A stretch of DNA of 64,000 bases from Octopus sinensis (GCF_006345805.1 NC_043010.1:16678001-16742000); one strand, 5' to 3'; positions 11,929 to 24,820 are shown, numbered from the stretch's first letter. The notes: generated by a model from the letters alone, not told the origin. A program made the numbers and translations.

Positions 11929-12221
11929 CAAATATCTGTCAAATGTAAATAATGTACATAATTCCTCATCTCTTAAATATAGAACTGTGGATTTTACCAG
12001 TTCCACTCCCTCAATTTGGATTTTTATTCAGATCTGTAACAACTCTAGTTGCCAACCGTGAGTTATACTGATACTTTCAGTGTATTAAATTTCCTCATAA
12101 CTTCAATATGGGAAAAAGTGTTATTGTTCCTGACCGTACACTGTCCACTTATTGTTTTCTATACCTGCTATGAACTGCTTGAAGCTTACAAACTTCCTAC
12201 ACTTGGATCTCTGGGTTTTAC

Positions 12222-12275
<54 letters not shown>

Positions 12276-12769
12276 GCACAAAGTATGGGGTTTAGTTCAC
12301 AGGTGATCTAAACGATTAAGTACGCTAGGTAAGTGCTGGAACAGATTACCAGGGCTCCAAGGTTATAACTGTGATGGTAGTTATGGAGCCATTGTAGATT
12401 TCCGATATCCGATATAGCAGATATATAATTGTTAAAGAGAACAACAAACGTTAAGGCAAGACAAACATCTCAAGCCATAGACATTAATATTATAGGAAGA
12501 AATTCAAAGTCTTACAGCTGTTTCTGCGATATTGCAGAGTATGCTTATTTTTTTCTTCTCCTTCTTCATCCCCTTATTCCTTTTCTCTTGTCCACCATGT
12601 CATCATTTTATTAATCTATACCCTTCTCATTTTCCTATTTGTTTACAGTGACAGAATATCTCATAATTTGGGATATCCCAGAAACAGTTGTAAGACTTCG
12701 AATTTTTCTAATAATAATAATAATAACGTATATAACCTGAGGTGTTTCTCTTGCCTTAATGTTTGTTGT

Positions 12770-12963
12770 CCTTTGCACCCGTGCCAATGGCATGCAAAAA
12801 GCACCCACTACACTCTCGGAGTGGTTGGTCTTAGGAAGGGCATCCAGCTATAGAAACCTTGCCAGACCAGATTGGCGCTTGGTGCAGCCTACTGGCTTGC
12901 CAGCCTTCAGTCAAACCATTCAACCCAGCATGGAAAACGGACGTGAAACGATGATGATGATGA
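12770..12963 (+). mobile_element. RTE 3' end
   Basis: One hairpin unit, conserved terminal block, (GAT)n tail. Confidence 0.85.
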
Positions 12964-13072
12964 AGATATATATATATATATAGGGAAAGTTTACGAAAAA
13001 AACAAAAGACGAAGACAGGTGGTGTACAAAACAAATAGATGTATTAGTATAACGCTCAGGAATAGAAAAAGT

Positions 13073-13108
13073 CTTTTATGTTTCAAGCCTATGCTCTTCT
13101 ACAGAAAG
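13073..13108 (-). ncRNA. Degenerate minimal type I hammerhead-like motif
   Basis: Minus strand CTTT-CTGTAGA-A-GAGC-ATAG-GCTT-GAAAC-AT-A-AAAG: stems I and II are present, but the core departs from CUGANGA at position 6. Confidence 0.45.
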
Positions 13109-13424
13109 AGACACAGTAAAAAAACAAGGAGAGAAAAAAAAAATGTGTGTAGTGGCTAACAATCTATCATGGCAATCTATCATATCTATATGCATTACCC
13201 CATCTTCACCCAACCATCCTAACTCTCCTCCCCACACCTCTGCACCCCCTCTTCCTGACTCCACTCATCCCACCACCCTGCTTCCTTGCACTGTTGTCAC
13301 TATACCCCCCAATCTCCCCCTCTCCGCTGCCGAGCGCTCTCTCCCTTTCAAAATGTGACCTCTTGTGTACCGTTGGCGATTTTTTTCCTCTGTCTTCCCT
13401 TCTCTGGATCTTTCCATCTCCTAT

Positions 13425-13459
13425 GTTTCCGACGAAGAGCTCTGCTTGAAACATTAAAC
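13425..13459 (+). ncRNA. Degenerate minimal type I hammerhead-like motif
   Basis: GTTT-CCGACGA-A-GAGC-TCT-GCTT-GAAAC-AT-T-AAAC: stem I GTTT/AAAC, stem II GAGC/GCTT; core has U4C and two likely CpG-decay changes. Confidence 0.5.
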
Positions 13460-13684
13460 CCTCCTTCTTTCCTTCTTTCCTGAGCGTTCAATAATACTAT
13501 ATTTGTTCCACGTCCTCGCGTTGTGTTTTTTTGTGCTTTCTTGTTTGGATTAACTATATATATATATATATAATATATATATATATATCCTAACTTTACT
13601 GTCAGCACATGGTGGCTTGAAATTCAGTCGTTTTTAAATATTTTTGCATTGAACGCATTGATGATTTAATCTGTAAGTAACAGA

Positions 13685-13895
13685 AGGTGGTGAGCTGGCA
13701 GAAGTGTTAGCATGCTGGGCAGAATGCTTAGCGGTATTTCATCTGTCTATACGTTCTGAGTTCAAATTCCACCGAGATCGACTTTGCCTTTCATCCTTTC
13801 AGGGTCGATAAATTAAGTGCCAGTTGCATACTGGGGTCAATTTAATCGAGTGCACCCCTCCCCCAAAATTTCGGGCCTTGTGCTTAGAATGGAAA
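13685..13895 (+). mobile_element. tRNA-derived SINE family A
   Basis: GGTGAGCTGGCAGAA head, B box GAGTTCAAATTCC, body GACTTTGCCTTTCATCCTTTC; similar to octopus OR/OK-type SINEs from memory, exact family not assigned. Confidence 0.85.
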
Positions 13896-14889
13896 AGAAT
13901 CCATAAGAACAGGTAAGATGACATAAAATGACAAAGTAAGTGTTCAGATCAGATCAACTACCTAACGTGTGTGTGTGTGTGTGTCTGTCTGTCCGTCTAT
14001 AATTGGTATTTTGTCTTTTTATTTCTGCTTCACCACACCTTCTAGTAATAGAATTCTTCTTAAACACGCCTCCAGCTTACATAGACATCCAGACATGATC
14101 ACAATGCACAGCGCACCTTCTACACACCTCCCGTACACTGGACACACCTCCTCACTTAACAAACCACATGTTTAGAAGTCAACACAATGTCAGTCCTTAA
14201 TGATAAACATGATGGAGGATGGTGATGGTGGTGGCGGCGGCAGTGGAAGGTGGGGACTAAGCCATAGGACAGATGGACCATCTAATGAACAGACAGACAG
14301 ACAGACAGACTAAGAGATCAGGGAGAAGCAAACACAGAGAAAGGGAGGGAGGAAGAGAGAGTAGTTTGGTAAAGGACCACTTCACAATGGCAGCCTGCCA
14401 TTTGCAGAACCAAAATAGTGTAGAGGGGGGATGGTGGTGGTGATAGGGGTGTTGTTGTTGTTGGTTGTGCTGGTGGTGGTAGTGGTGGTGGTGGTGGTAG
14501 TGGTGGTGATGGTGGCAGTGGTGGTGATTGTATCTGTGGCCAATGTTCTGGCAATTTACAGCTTTGCTAATGAAAAAGTAATTCAATCCAGTGATTTCAG
14601 CAACAACAACAACAATCACCTCATTAGTTAAAAACCACCAAGAGACCCCACCCCTTATTGGGTAAAATCTTCTTAACCCCACCAAATATCTACATGATTA
14701 CTTGACTTGCAAGAAACAAGAGCAAAACCTTCTCCAAATTACTCTACACTCTTTTTCAAAATGACACATTGATTAATGTACTTCTAGATACACTGTGTCT
14801 GAATAAAATACAGGAAGGCCTGATTTTTAGGGGAGGAGGTAAGTTGATTACATTGACCTCAGTACATAACTGGTATTTATTTTATTTAT

Positions 14890-15107
14890 GGCGGTGAGCT
14901 GGCAGAATCGTTATCACGCCGGGTGAAATGCTTAGGGGTATTTCATCTGCTGCTACGTTCTGAGTTCAAATTCCGCCGAGGTTGACTTTGCCTTTCATCC
15001 TTTCGGGGTTGATTAAATAAGTACCAGTTACGTACTGGGGTCGATATAATTGACTTAATCTGTTTGTCTGTCCTTGTTTGTCCTCTCTGTGTTTAACCCC
15101 TTGTGGG
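14890..15107 (+). mobile_element. tRNA-derived SINE family A
   Basis: Near-consensus copy with A and B boxes. Confidence 0.9.
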
Positions 15108-16145
15108 CACTCCCGAAAGGATGAAAGGCAGAATTTGAACACAGAACATAAAAACAGACAAAATGTTGCTAAGCATCTTGTCCATTTTTATAATAAAAGT
15201 AATAACAATTACAATAAAAGTCCTTTCATTTTTTTATGCATTACATTCCAACGTCTGTGGCCATGCTGGGGCATTGCCAATGTCATTACTTTTCCAATGG
15301 CCATTCCTATATGTGCTCTATTGATAGTAATGTATTTCAGCCAGACTCCACCTAAATTTCAATTAAATCTCAGCTAATTGCAATGTTTTAAGGTATTCCA
15401 GGAGCTAACTCAACACATTAACAAGCCAATGCTATCTTGTATCATAATAATAATAATAAATCCGAAATTTTAAAACAAACTTATAAACATTTTTATGTTT
15501 TGACAGGCACTCTCTAAAATGATACTTTATGCAAAACCAAGTATATGGTACCCTAGTCATAACACTAACTTGAACATCTAACTTGTTGTCTCTTGAGGTC
15601 TCTGGGTGAGACCTGGAGTCAACTTGTACAAATACAAAGCAGAAGTCAAACATGATAATAATAACAGGAGCACTTTTACATTTTGAGCCTTCGCTTTTCA
15701 ACAGAAAGGAACAAGAGGTCATATAGGGAGAGTGCTGGAGAAAGGATCACATGTACAGGACCTGCCCAAGGGCAAATAACCACCAGATGCCTATACATCC
15801 ACATATGTTGTTGTGTGGATGCTGTTGTGGTCGTTATAACACATAGAAACAGTGGAATTTGAACTCATAACATAGAGACAGAAGAAATGCTGTAAAGAAT
15901 TTTGTCCGGGCAGTTCTGCCACTTCACTGCCTTAATGATGATGATGATGATGATATAAGCCCGTGAGCATAAATGTTGTGGGGGTAGGGGTGGAGTACAG
16001 ACAGACTACCCCCAGGATATTGCTGGAAAAGAAAAACAAAATCGATCCTAATTTGAGTTGAATTTAGGAGATTAATTAATTAATAACAGCAACAACTTCT
16101 TTGGAGTGACAGAAGGGCATTTTTTTCACTGTTTAAGTAAAAAAA

Positions 16146-16473
16146 ATGGCCCTCCGTCGCTTATGACGATGAGGGTTCCAGTTGATCTAATCAAGAGAAC
16201 AGCCTACTTACTTGTGAAATTAACGTGCAAGTGGCTGAGTACCCCACAGACACTCATATCCTTTACATAATTCTCAGGGAGATTCAGCAGGATACAAAGT
16301 GTGACAAAGTTGGCTCTTTGAGTTAAGATACAACTCATTATTGCAAGCTGAGTGGACTGGAGCAACGTGATGTGAAGTGTCTTGCTCAAGGACACAACAC
16401 ATTGCCATGAATCGAACTCATGACCTTATGATCATGAGCCGAATACCCGGACCACTAAGCCACATGCCTTCAT
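16146..16473 (-). mobile_element. Chimeric SINE (family C head, family D tail)
   Basis: Minus-strand head TGAAGGCATGTGGCTTAGTGG...TCCTTGAGCAAGACAC...GTTGCTCCAGTCCACTCAGC resembles 10219; its tail (GGAGATTCAGC...GTGTGACAA on plus) resembles 45672-45730. Confidence 0.7.
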
Positions 16474-16988
16474 ACTGTTTCTGTTGAGAGGAAAAATATT
16501 GAATGCATTTGGAAGAGAGAGAGAGAGGAGGGGAATGTGTGTGTGTGTGTGTGGTGTGTGTGTGATTAATGGGCAAATTAACAGCAAGTTATAAGTAATA
16601 GTAAAGAGGGAACTAATTAACATTATGCAGTGAAGCAACACTGATGAGGAAAAGTATTATCTTAACGATTAATTCTGGCTTAGAAAGGCAAGGGATGTCT
16701 ATGGAATGTAACATTGGGTTCAGTTTTTGTCAGTTCTTCAGAAATCTCGTGCATCACATCAAGCTACCATTGGGAGGAAAAGTAGTAACAGTTTGAATAA
16801 TATAACCTCGGATATACAAATAGATGGAATGGTCATGGCTGGAAAGACTTTGATCTATCATGGGGTTAAGTGAACAATAACAACAACTTTACTATTGAAG
16901 GGGTCTCTATATAGCCTTTTGACCTGTTGCAAATGGCAGCTAAATCTCCTTTAAATCATATCATCTCTACCAAGAACATTCTCCACAA

Positions 16989-17249
16989 TGACTGGCCTCC
17001 GTGTTGGTGGCACGTAAAAAGCACCATCTGATCGTGGCTGTTTGCCAGCCTCGTCTGGCACCTGTGCCAGTGGCACATAAAAAGCACCCACTACACTCAC
17101 GGAGTGGTTGGCATTAGGAAGGGCATCCAGCTGTAGAAACACTGCTAGATCAGACTGGGCCTGGTGCAGCCTTCTGGCTTCACAGACCCCAGTTGAACCG
17201 TCCAACCCATGCTAGCATGGAAAGCAGACGTTAAACAATGATGATAATG
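16989..17249 (+). mobile_element. RTE 3' end, apparently nested in an older repeat
   Basis: Matches the RTE tail; flanks (GCAGCTAAATCTCC... and ...GCTGACCTGGGG...ACAACAAC) resemble a recurrent element also seen near 21.2k, 45.5k and 56.3k. Confidence 0.8.
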
Positions 17250-17482
17250 AGGTCTTGATGTGCAAAAAGGAGAGATGGTCACTAACTGTACAACTGGAAA
17301 GGTCTTTTGCTCATAAACGTGAGGGCTGACCTGGGGTTAAATCTACTACAACAACTTCATAAATGTGTTGCTAAATTAGAAACAACAATTGAACCAAGTT
17401 GGATCCTGAGCTGATTCCCACCCCACACAACCATCCCCTCTCCCCCACCCCCACACCAGCTTCTCTTTCAATGGAATCTGAT

Positions 17483-17684
17483 GGCGGGCGGGGGAGGTTC
17501 TTTATTTGGCTTTCACCCTCCCCCCCACCTGTGCCACCTGGAAAATCAATAACTTGTCAAATAATGCAAGCCATTGATTGGTTGATTGGTCAGCAGGCTG
17601 AGATTCAATAAGATACCAGTGCTATCTGATTGAACAAAGGTGATTGGCTGAGAATGAGAGGGTCGGGGTGGGGAGGGGGTGGGG
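17483..17684. promoter_or_regulatory. Candidate promoter/enhancer: GC box, three CCAAT boxes, G4-forming tract
   Basis: GGGCGG at ~17486; GATTGG at 17576, 17584 and 17642, all in one orientation; GGGTCGGGGTGGGGAGGGGGTGGGG at 17660-17684; not recognisably repetitive. Confidence 0.35.
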
Positions 17685-18420
17685 CAAACAATAGAATTCT
17701 GTTGGATTAAACAAAGGGGGTATGGAGGAGAATTGGTTTGGGTTCTTTATTACTCAACATGTGTCTAAGAGAGGTGGAGGAACAGGGAGAAAAAAGGAGT
17801 GGGAAAGAGGAGAGAGAGAGAGAGACTACACCTGTGTTTGTCAAAACTGGTCAGTCTTCTCCCTCACACCATTCTTCTGTCTACCTAATTTTTGATTCAC
17901 ACTTTTTTTCCTTTGTCTTTTTAACACCCTGTACCAAAGCATGCACACACACACACCTGCACACACACACACACACCAGGAGTACCCACACCTACCCCTC
18001 TCCCTTCTACACACATACAACTAAATTTTCATTTATTTATACACAGTCATCCAGAACTACATACAGATCATACACGCACACCCTCCTCCCCCACTGCCCA
18101 TATATACACTCACACATACACACATATACACACTTCAATGGTGTTTGGACAACACACACACACACACACACAGGCACGCACACACACAGTCATTCATATC
18201 CTTGTATTTTCTGTTCAGTTTTTGGTTGTTTAAATATGCTGATTACATCCCAACCCTACTGCAAAGATTAATACTACCATGACCACCACTACTGACATAA
18301 ACAAGATATTCACTGTTTCTGGTATAAACATCAGACCACTGCCACCACCACCATCAACTCTGGCTTTCTTAAACATTGTACTGGATCACTTTTCAATTAT
18401 TGATTTTATCTCTCTCTCTC

Positions 18421-18463
<43 letters not shown>

Positions 18464-18674
18464 ATCTATATATCTATATATATGTCTATATCTATATATA
18501 TCTATATCAATATATATCTATATATATCTATATCTATCTATATATATCCATATCTATCTATATATCCATATCTATCTATATCTATATATATCCATATCTA
18601 TCTATATCTATATATATCCATATCTATCTATATCTATATATATCCATATCTATCTATCTATATCTATCTATATA

Positions 18675-18708
<34 letters not shown>
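18421..18708. repeat. (TA)n/TATCTA/TATCCA compound microsatellite
   Basis: Directly visible; source of the YI-repeat ORFs. Confidence 0.95.
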
Positions 18709-18711
<3 letters not shown>

Positions 18712-18768
18712 CAGCCTATGCCAGTATAGAAGACAAATGTTAAACGATGATGACATATATATCATTGC

Positions 18769-18802
<34 letters not shown>

Positions 18803-19357
18803 GTTCACATACACACACACACACAACATGTTTGTGCGTGTGTGCACATGTAGTGCCACAAGCTATCTATACATACATATTGCAAGGCATCTAGAAAAGG
18901 CTTGGAAAGACAGAGATAATAAGAGAGAGAGGATGAAAGAGTGGCTATCTTCAACATGCAATCTCTTTGATGTGGCTGCAACATGCAACATGTAGCGGGT
19001 GCTGTTTCTCATCATTATTAGTCAGAGATACGCGTGAGTGAGTGGAGCGAAAATGAATGGATGTGTATATCTAAGTAGGTATGAGTGTATGTATGTACAT
19101 ATGTTCCTCTCTCACTAATATATATACATATGTGTGAATGTGTGTGTGTGTATGGTGGTGAGAAAGGGTCGTCTGGGTGTGCATGTATTTTTTTATTAGT
19201 TTTACTCTATGGACCATGGCCATGCTGGAGTATTGCCTTCGGGGGGGAGGTCTTACTTTGCCTGGTGCTAATTTTAAAGATCTTGATATAGTGAATGGCT
19301 AAGTCTACCTTGGATTAAAGGGATATAACTTAGTCATGACAAATGCTGCAAGAAAGT

Positions 19358-19746
19358 TTGGATCTTTTCGGTTTGAACGGCAGTTTTTTCTAGCAGTGTC
19401 ATATGAAATTGTCACCCATAATTATGACCCTGGTATCGATCTATTGCATTTCAATCTATTTTAGGGTTAGGGGTGGGGGGAAGGGTATCTCTTTTTCTTC
19501 ACAAATGTAAATAAACCCAATCTGTTTCTTAAACGAGGGACATATTCATACGGCACAGAATGTTTTCACCTCAATAGACGGTCATTGATTGGTTGAAATT
19601 GCTGAAATGCAAGAAATTAAAGACCAAATATCTTACAAACTATAGAATTTTCTCAATAAAGCCAAGAGAAAAAGATATTTTATAAACACATTCTACCAGT
19701 ATACAAGGTTAAAAATTTTTTTAGTTACCTAACCGAAAAGATCCAA
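19358..19746. mobile_element. Non-autonomous TIR element (MITE)
   Basis: Perfect 16-bp terminal inverted repeat TTGGATCTTTTCGGTT (19358-19373) / AACCGAAAAGATCCAA (19731-19746); internal TTAGGGTTAGGGG; no clear TSD. Confidence 0.7.
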
Positions 19747-20125
19747 TATTTTGTTCAACATACAAGTTTAAAGGCAATCCTCTAACATTAATACACACAC
19801 ACACACACAAAATAATTAAAGTTTGACTAGTGACAAGCTACACCTAAATACCACTTGTGCCCCCCCCCCTACCCAGGGTTGGCAGCTGATAAAGAGAAGG
19901 ACTGCTTTTAATGAGGCTCTTCTGTAAACTCAAAGCCAGTTGATGATGGTGACTTCTCTAACGTAGCTGTTGATTTGGACAGACATGTGGGACAGCAGCA
20001 CAATGGATTCTTCAGAGGTTGTAACAAGAAGGCTGTGTGTTCGAATCATGTTGGGGTCACCAATTGTAACAAGATGAGAGTTTTAGGAACACTTGAGGGG
20101 TGTTTGGTCTTATCTTGTTTCATAC

Positions 20126-20526
20126 AATAGTCGAAGAAAAGGAACCAAAAATCCGGCTGTCTTCAATAACAACAAATAACACTTTATTCTTCGGGTTCAC
20201 AGGTAAAATATATACATATATATTTCTTAAGGGCGAACCGGCAGCCAAGTCCACAGGACTGTTTACAAATGTTCACTCGGGTGAGCCTAGAAGAATGGTC
20301 TCCGTTCCCGCTTCGAAGGGAGCTTCTCTATGCGTAGGGTTTTCCCTGAGAGAAGTTTTAGTCATGACCACTCGTTAGGGCTGCTCTTCCAAAAAAGGAC
20401 AGATTTAGCGGAGACGCTTTCAGGTTGCAGTTCCTGTGCATGCACATGAGGGAACTTCTGGCGGCCTACCAGAAGTAATCCAATTCTGCGCATGCACGCT
20501 GAAACTTCCACAGTAGCGTCACTACA
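20126..20526 (-). mobile_element. Probable solo LTR
   Basis: Minus strand starts TGTAGTGACG; AATAAA about 60 bp from the far end (20183-20188); CpG-rich ~400 bp island; far end is degenerate and no TSD was found. Confidence 0.4.
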
Positions 20527-21486
20527 AGGTCATGGGGGACGAGTAATGTGTATGGTACAAAAAAAAAAACAAAACAAAAAGAGAAAGGATCAACACTCGA
20601 GGACTTCTTTTATGCAATGGAAAGCCAAGTTCCTTAGCAATGTAGAGACACTGGTACAATGAAAGCAAATGTACATTGGTTGGAAAGTCCAAAGAATGGA
20701 GAGAAGTCGAAGAATTCTTCCAGTCACGGTTGTTTAATGGTTCAAGAAATTAAGATTGACCATGACTGCAATACAAGAGTTCAGCTGAAATTAACAGGAA
20801 GAGACCAAACATCAATATCAGCAAATGCCGATTGAAAGAGATCAATTCTTGCCCAACTTGTGATACAAGATTTTTTGCCCATGGACAGTCATTGATGTGT
20901 ATTGACCAGCTCTGATATGTTGGTGTGAGAAATGGCATTCGACAAGCTTGAAAGACAACCTGCGCATCCATGCATCACACACACACACACATGTCCCTGT
21001 GAGTGTGTGTCCCCTTGTGAAATTGATTTTAAAGGAAGGAAGAAGATTTATAAGAATATTGGATTGGAAAACGAAAGAGGCCTTCATTGCTAATTTGGAA
21101 CCCCTTTTGGCTGATAGTCTCCTATGGGTGGCTGTATTTCCTCCAGACACAAAATGGCCACAGTACAGTGAGTCACCATTTTAGAAAAGAAAGCAAAATT
21201 TCCCTCAAACTGTACCTTATTGTTTTTAATAAATAAGGACACATTGAATAATGTAGTTCTGGACACTGTCTGAAAATAAATGAGGAGGTCATGGAAGGAA
21301 TACTTGGATCACAGAGCTAAATAACAACACAAACACAGACACACATACCTAACATACATATAGAAATTTGACTGATGAGGTAGCAGACCATTTATACTTG
21401 GTGCAAGGGAAGGACAAGCCAATAACTTTAACTACATAAGAATCTGTGTTTCTCCATTCAGAAGGTAATGGAACTTATATGACAGT

Positions 21487-21632
21487 GTTAGGCTTTAATC
21501 CTTTGGAAACCTACACACTAGAGACTGCCCCCTAGTTAGGCTCTAATCTTTTGGAAACCTGCACACTGGAGACTGTTCCCTAGTTAGGCTTTAATCCTGG
21601 AAACCTACACACTGGAGACTGGCCCCTAGTTA
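21487..21632. repeat. 48-bp minisatellite x3
   Basis: GTTAGGCTTTAATCCTTTGGAAACCTACACACTAGAGACTGCCCCCTA units start at 21487, 21535 and 21583. Confidence 0.9.
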
Positions 21633-22612
21633 AATGCTTTAAAGTGTTCCAGTTCAAAACTTTTTATTAAAAGTTCATTTTAATCAAGGTTTTAACATCG
21701 TAATTAACATTAGAATAATCATTGTCAAATATATTGGTGTCAGAATATCAGAATGTCTTTGTGCATTTTGAGTTCAGATACTGTCAAAATCAACTTTGGC
21801 ATTCATCTTGTTAGGATAGGGGTAGACCTTGCCCCTACCTCTTTCCAACCAACAGTAAAATATTTTACCACCTTCAGACTACGTCTTCAAAAAAAAAAGT
21901 AAAATATGAAAAAAAACAACTTAGTAAAAAAAAAATTTTAACATTAAAATGAAACGCCTTCAAACTAAGCTGCAGGTCTTTGAGATGATTCAAGGAAAAT
22001 GTCAAGCTTTAGCCACAATCACAAAGTAGGACCAGTAGAGAGATAGACCCTGGATCTGTCCCTCCATCCACCCTGCCAGCCATCGAACATAGTTGTGTCT
22101 CCATGACCATATTGTTGTTGTTTACAGATAAGTCAGACCAACACCTCAAGGCATTCACGACCATCCCATCTTCTTGGCTCCTCTGTATTGGTTCACCATG
22201 GAGTATATTATCCAATGTGTCCTGTGTATAAGGTGTTGTTTGAGAGAAATCTGGCTGCTATTTCTAATAGGTCCATCAACCACATAGAGATTGTCTCACT
22301 GGCTCATCTGCACATGTGTGTATGCGTGTGTGCATGAGGTGTACTGTGTGTGTGTGTGTGTGTGTGTGTCTAATGAGAGAAAAGTGAACAAGGAGAGGCT
22401 TATCTTGAAATGTAAATTCTCTTGCTTCATGAGAAACAACAACAGCAACAACAAGATTTATACAAAAGACAGGAGTAGGACAGTGTTGTCATCAAGCTCG
22501 ATGTTGTTGTTGTTGTTGTTGTTGGAATGGTGCCATAAGCTCACAAGAGTTGAATTATTGTTGGGAAGGATATGGTGAGGGAAAGAGAGAGAGAAAGGCA
22601 GAAAAACAGTAA

Positions 22613-22614
<2 letters not shown>

Positions 22615-22652
<38 letters not shown>

Positions 22653-22911
22653 TATATATACATATGTATATGCGTAATTATATATATATATACACATACA
22701 TATATATATATACATACACATACATACATATATATATATATATATACATACACATACATACATATATATATACATACACATACATACATACATATATATA
22801 TACATACACATACATACATATATATATATATACACATACATACATACATATATATATACATACACATACAAACATATATATATATATATATATATACATA
22901 CACATACAAAC

Positions 22912-22944
<33 letters not shown>

Positions 22945-23037
22945 CATACACATACAAACATATATATATATATATATATACATACACATACAAACATATA
23001 TATATTATATATATATATATATTATACATACACATAC

Positions 23038-23068
<31 letters not shown>

Positions 23069-23156
23069 CATACCATACAAACATATATATATATATATAT
23101 ATATACATACACATACATACATACATACATATATATATATATATACATACACATAC

Positions 23157-23191
<35 letters not shown>

Positions 23192-23242
23192 CATACACAT
23201 ACATACATACATATATATATATATACATACATACATACATAT

Positions 23243-23295
<53 letters not shown>

Positions 23296-23335
23296 CATAT
23301 GTATATATATATACACATACATATATATACATCTG
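22615..23335. repeat. Long (TA)n/(CATA)n compound microsatellite
   Basis: Directly visible. Confidence 0.95.
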
Positions 23336-23866
23336 CTTGAAGAAATGGAAAGCTGTTAAGGAGAAAAAAGGTCTGTGCATGTGCATGCATATGGGTGTGC
23401 GCGCATGTGTGTGTGTGAGTGTATGTGTGTGCATATGTGTTTGCGTAAAGTGAAGAAAAGATGAAAGATTAAATTAGACAAAATGACTGGGTAGATGTTG
23501 AGGGTGGGGTGGAAAAAGAGAAAGCAAAGATAGAGACAGAGAAAGAGAGGGAAATAGGGAGAGTGAGCCAGAGAGAGGGAGAGGGAGGGGGGAGTGAGTG
23601 AGAGGTAAAGAATGAGCTTGATGATGTTAGGTGTGACGGAAATCAATAATTTTGAAAAATATAGAAACACTGGAAGTAAATCTGGTTTAGAAGATGGTTA
23701 GAATGCATTGGAGGGAAACTGTGATGTACATTCACACAAGTCTCTAGGTGGGTGTATATACATATACGTACTTACGTTTTATACACAGACAATGTACAAA
23801 ATCACGCAGGCACACCTGAACTTACGCATACATATATTTATTGATGCACACGTACACACACAAATA

Positions 23867-23917
<51 letters not shown>

Positions 23918-23919
<2 letters not shown>

Positions 23920-24042
23920 TCATCATCATCGTTTAGCGTCCGCTTTCCATTCTGGCATGGGTTGACATATATATATATATGTTTATATATATATCATCAT
24001 CATCATCGTTTAGCGTCCACTTTCCATGCTGGCATGGGTTGA
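23918..24042 (-). mobile_element. Two tandem 48-bp RTE 3' termini in (TA)n
   Basis: (CAT)nCGTTTAGCGTCC..TTTCCAT..TGGCATGGGTTGA at 23918-23965 and 23995-24042. Confidence 0.85.
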
Positions 24043-24061
24043 TATATATATATATATATTA

Positions 24062-24404
24062 CCAGTGTCACCTTACTGGCACTTGTGCTGGTGGCACGTG
24101 AAAAACATTTGAGTGAGGTCGTCGCCAGTGTCACTGGACTGGCTCCTGTGCAGGTAGCACGTAAAAAGCACCACTTGAGTCTGGCCGTTGCCAGTGCCGC
24201 CTGATAGGACCTCGTGCAGGTGGCATGTCAAAGCACCCACTACACTCTCAGAGTGGTTGGCATTAGGAAGGGCATCCAGCTGTAGAAACTCTGCCAGATC
24301 ATGATTGGAACCTGGTTCAGCCATCTGGTTCGCCAGTCCTCAGTCGAATCGTCCAACTCATGCTAGCATGGAAAGCGGACGTTAAACGATGATGATGATG
24401 ATGA

Positions 24405-24408
<4 letters not shown>
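24062..24408 (+). mobile_element. RTE 3' UTR fragment
   Basis: Three hairpin units, terminal block, (GAT)n tail. Confidence 0.85.
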
Positions 24409-24434
<26 letters not shown>

Positions 24435-24437
<3 letters not shown>

Positions 24438-24820
24438 CGCAGGAGTGGGTGTGTGGTAAGTAGCTTGCTAACCAACCACATGGTTTCGGGTTCAGTCCCA
24501 CTGCATGGCATCTTGGGCAAGTGTCTTCTGCTATAGCCCTGGGCCGACCAAATACCTTGTGAATGGATTTGGTAGACGGAAACTGAAAGAAGCCTGTCGT
24601 ATATATGTATGTGTGTGTTTGTGTTTGTCCCCCTAGCATTGCTTGACAACTGATGCTGGTGTGTTTACGTCCCCGTCACTTAGCGGTTCGGCAAAAGACC
24701 AATAGAACAAGTACTGGGCTTACAAAGAATAAGTCCCGGGGTCGATTTGCTCGACTAAAGGTGGTGCTCCAGCATGGCCGCAGTCAAATGACTGAAACAA
24801 CTAAAAGAGTAAAAAAAGAG
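24435..24820 (+). mobile_element. tRNA-derived SINE family B, full length
   Basis: AGGCGCAGGAGTGG.TGTGTGGTAAG head, GGGTTCAGTCCC B-box-like, TTGGGCAAGTGTCTT, internal (TG)n, tail TGACTGAAAC..TAAAAGAG. Confidence 0.85.

Larger units (their letters stand above)
12982..13555. mobile_element. Two Penelope-like pLTR remnants, head-to-head
   Basis: Each arm has a minimal hammerhead-like motif followed by TTCCTGAGCGTT (13051-13062 on minus, 13477-13488 on plus) and a T-rich tail; (TA)n on both flanks. Confidence 0.55.
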
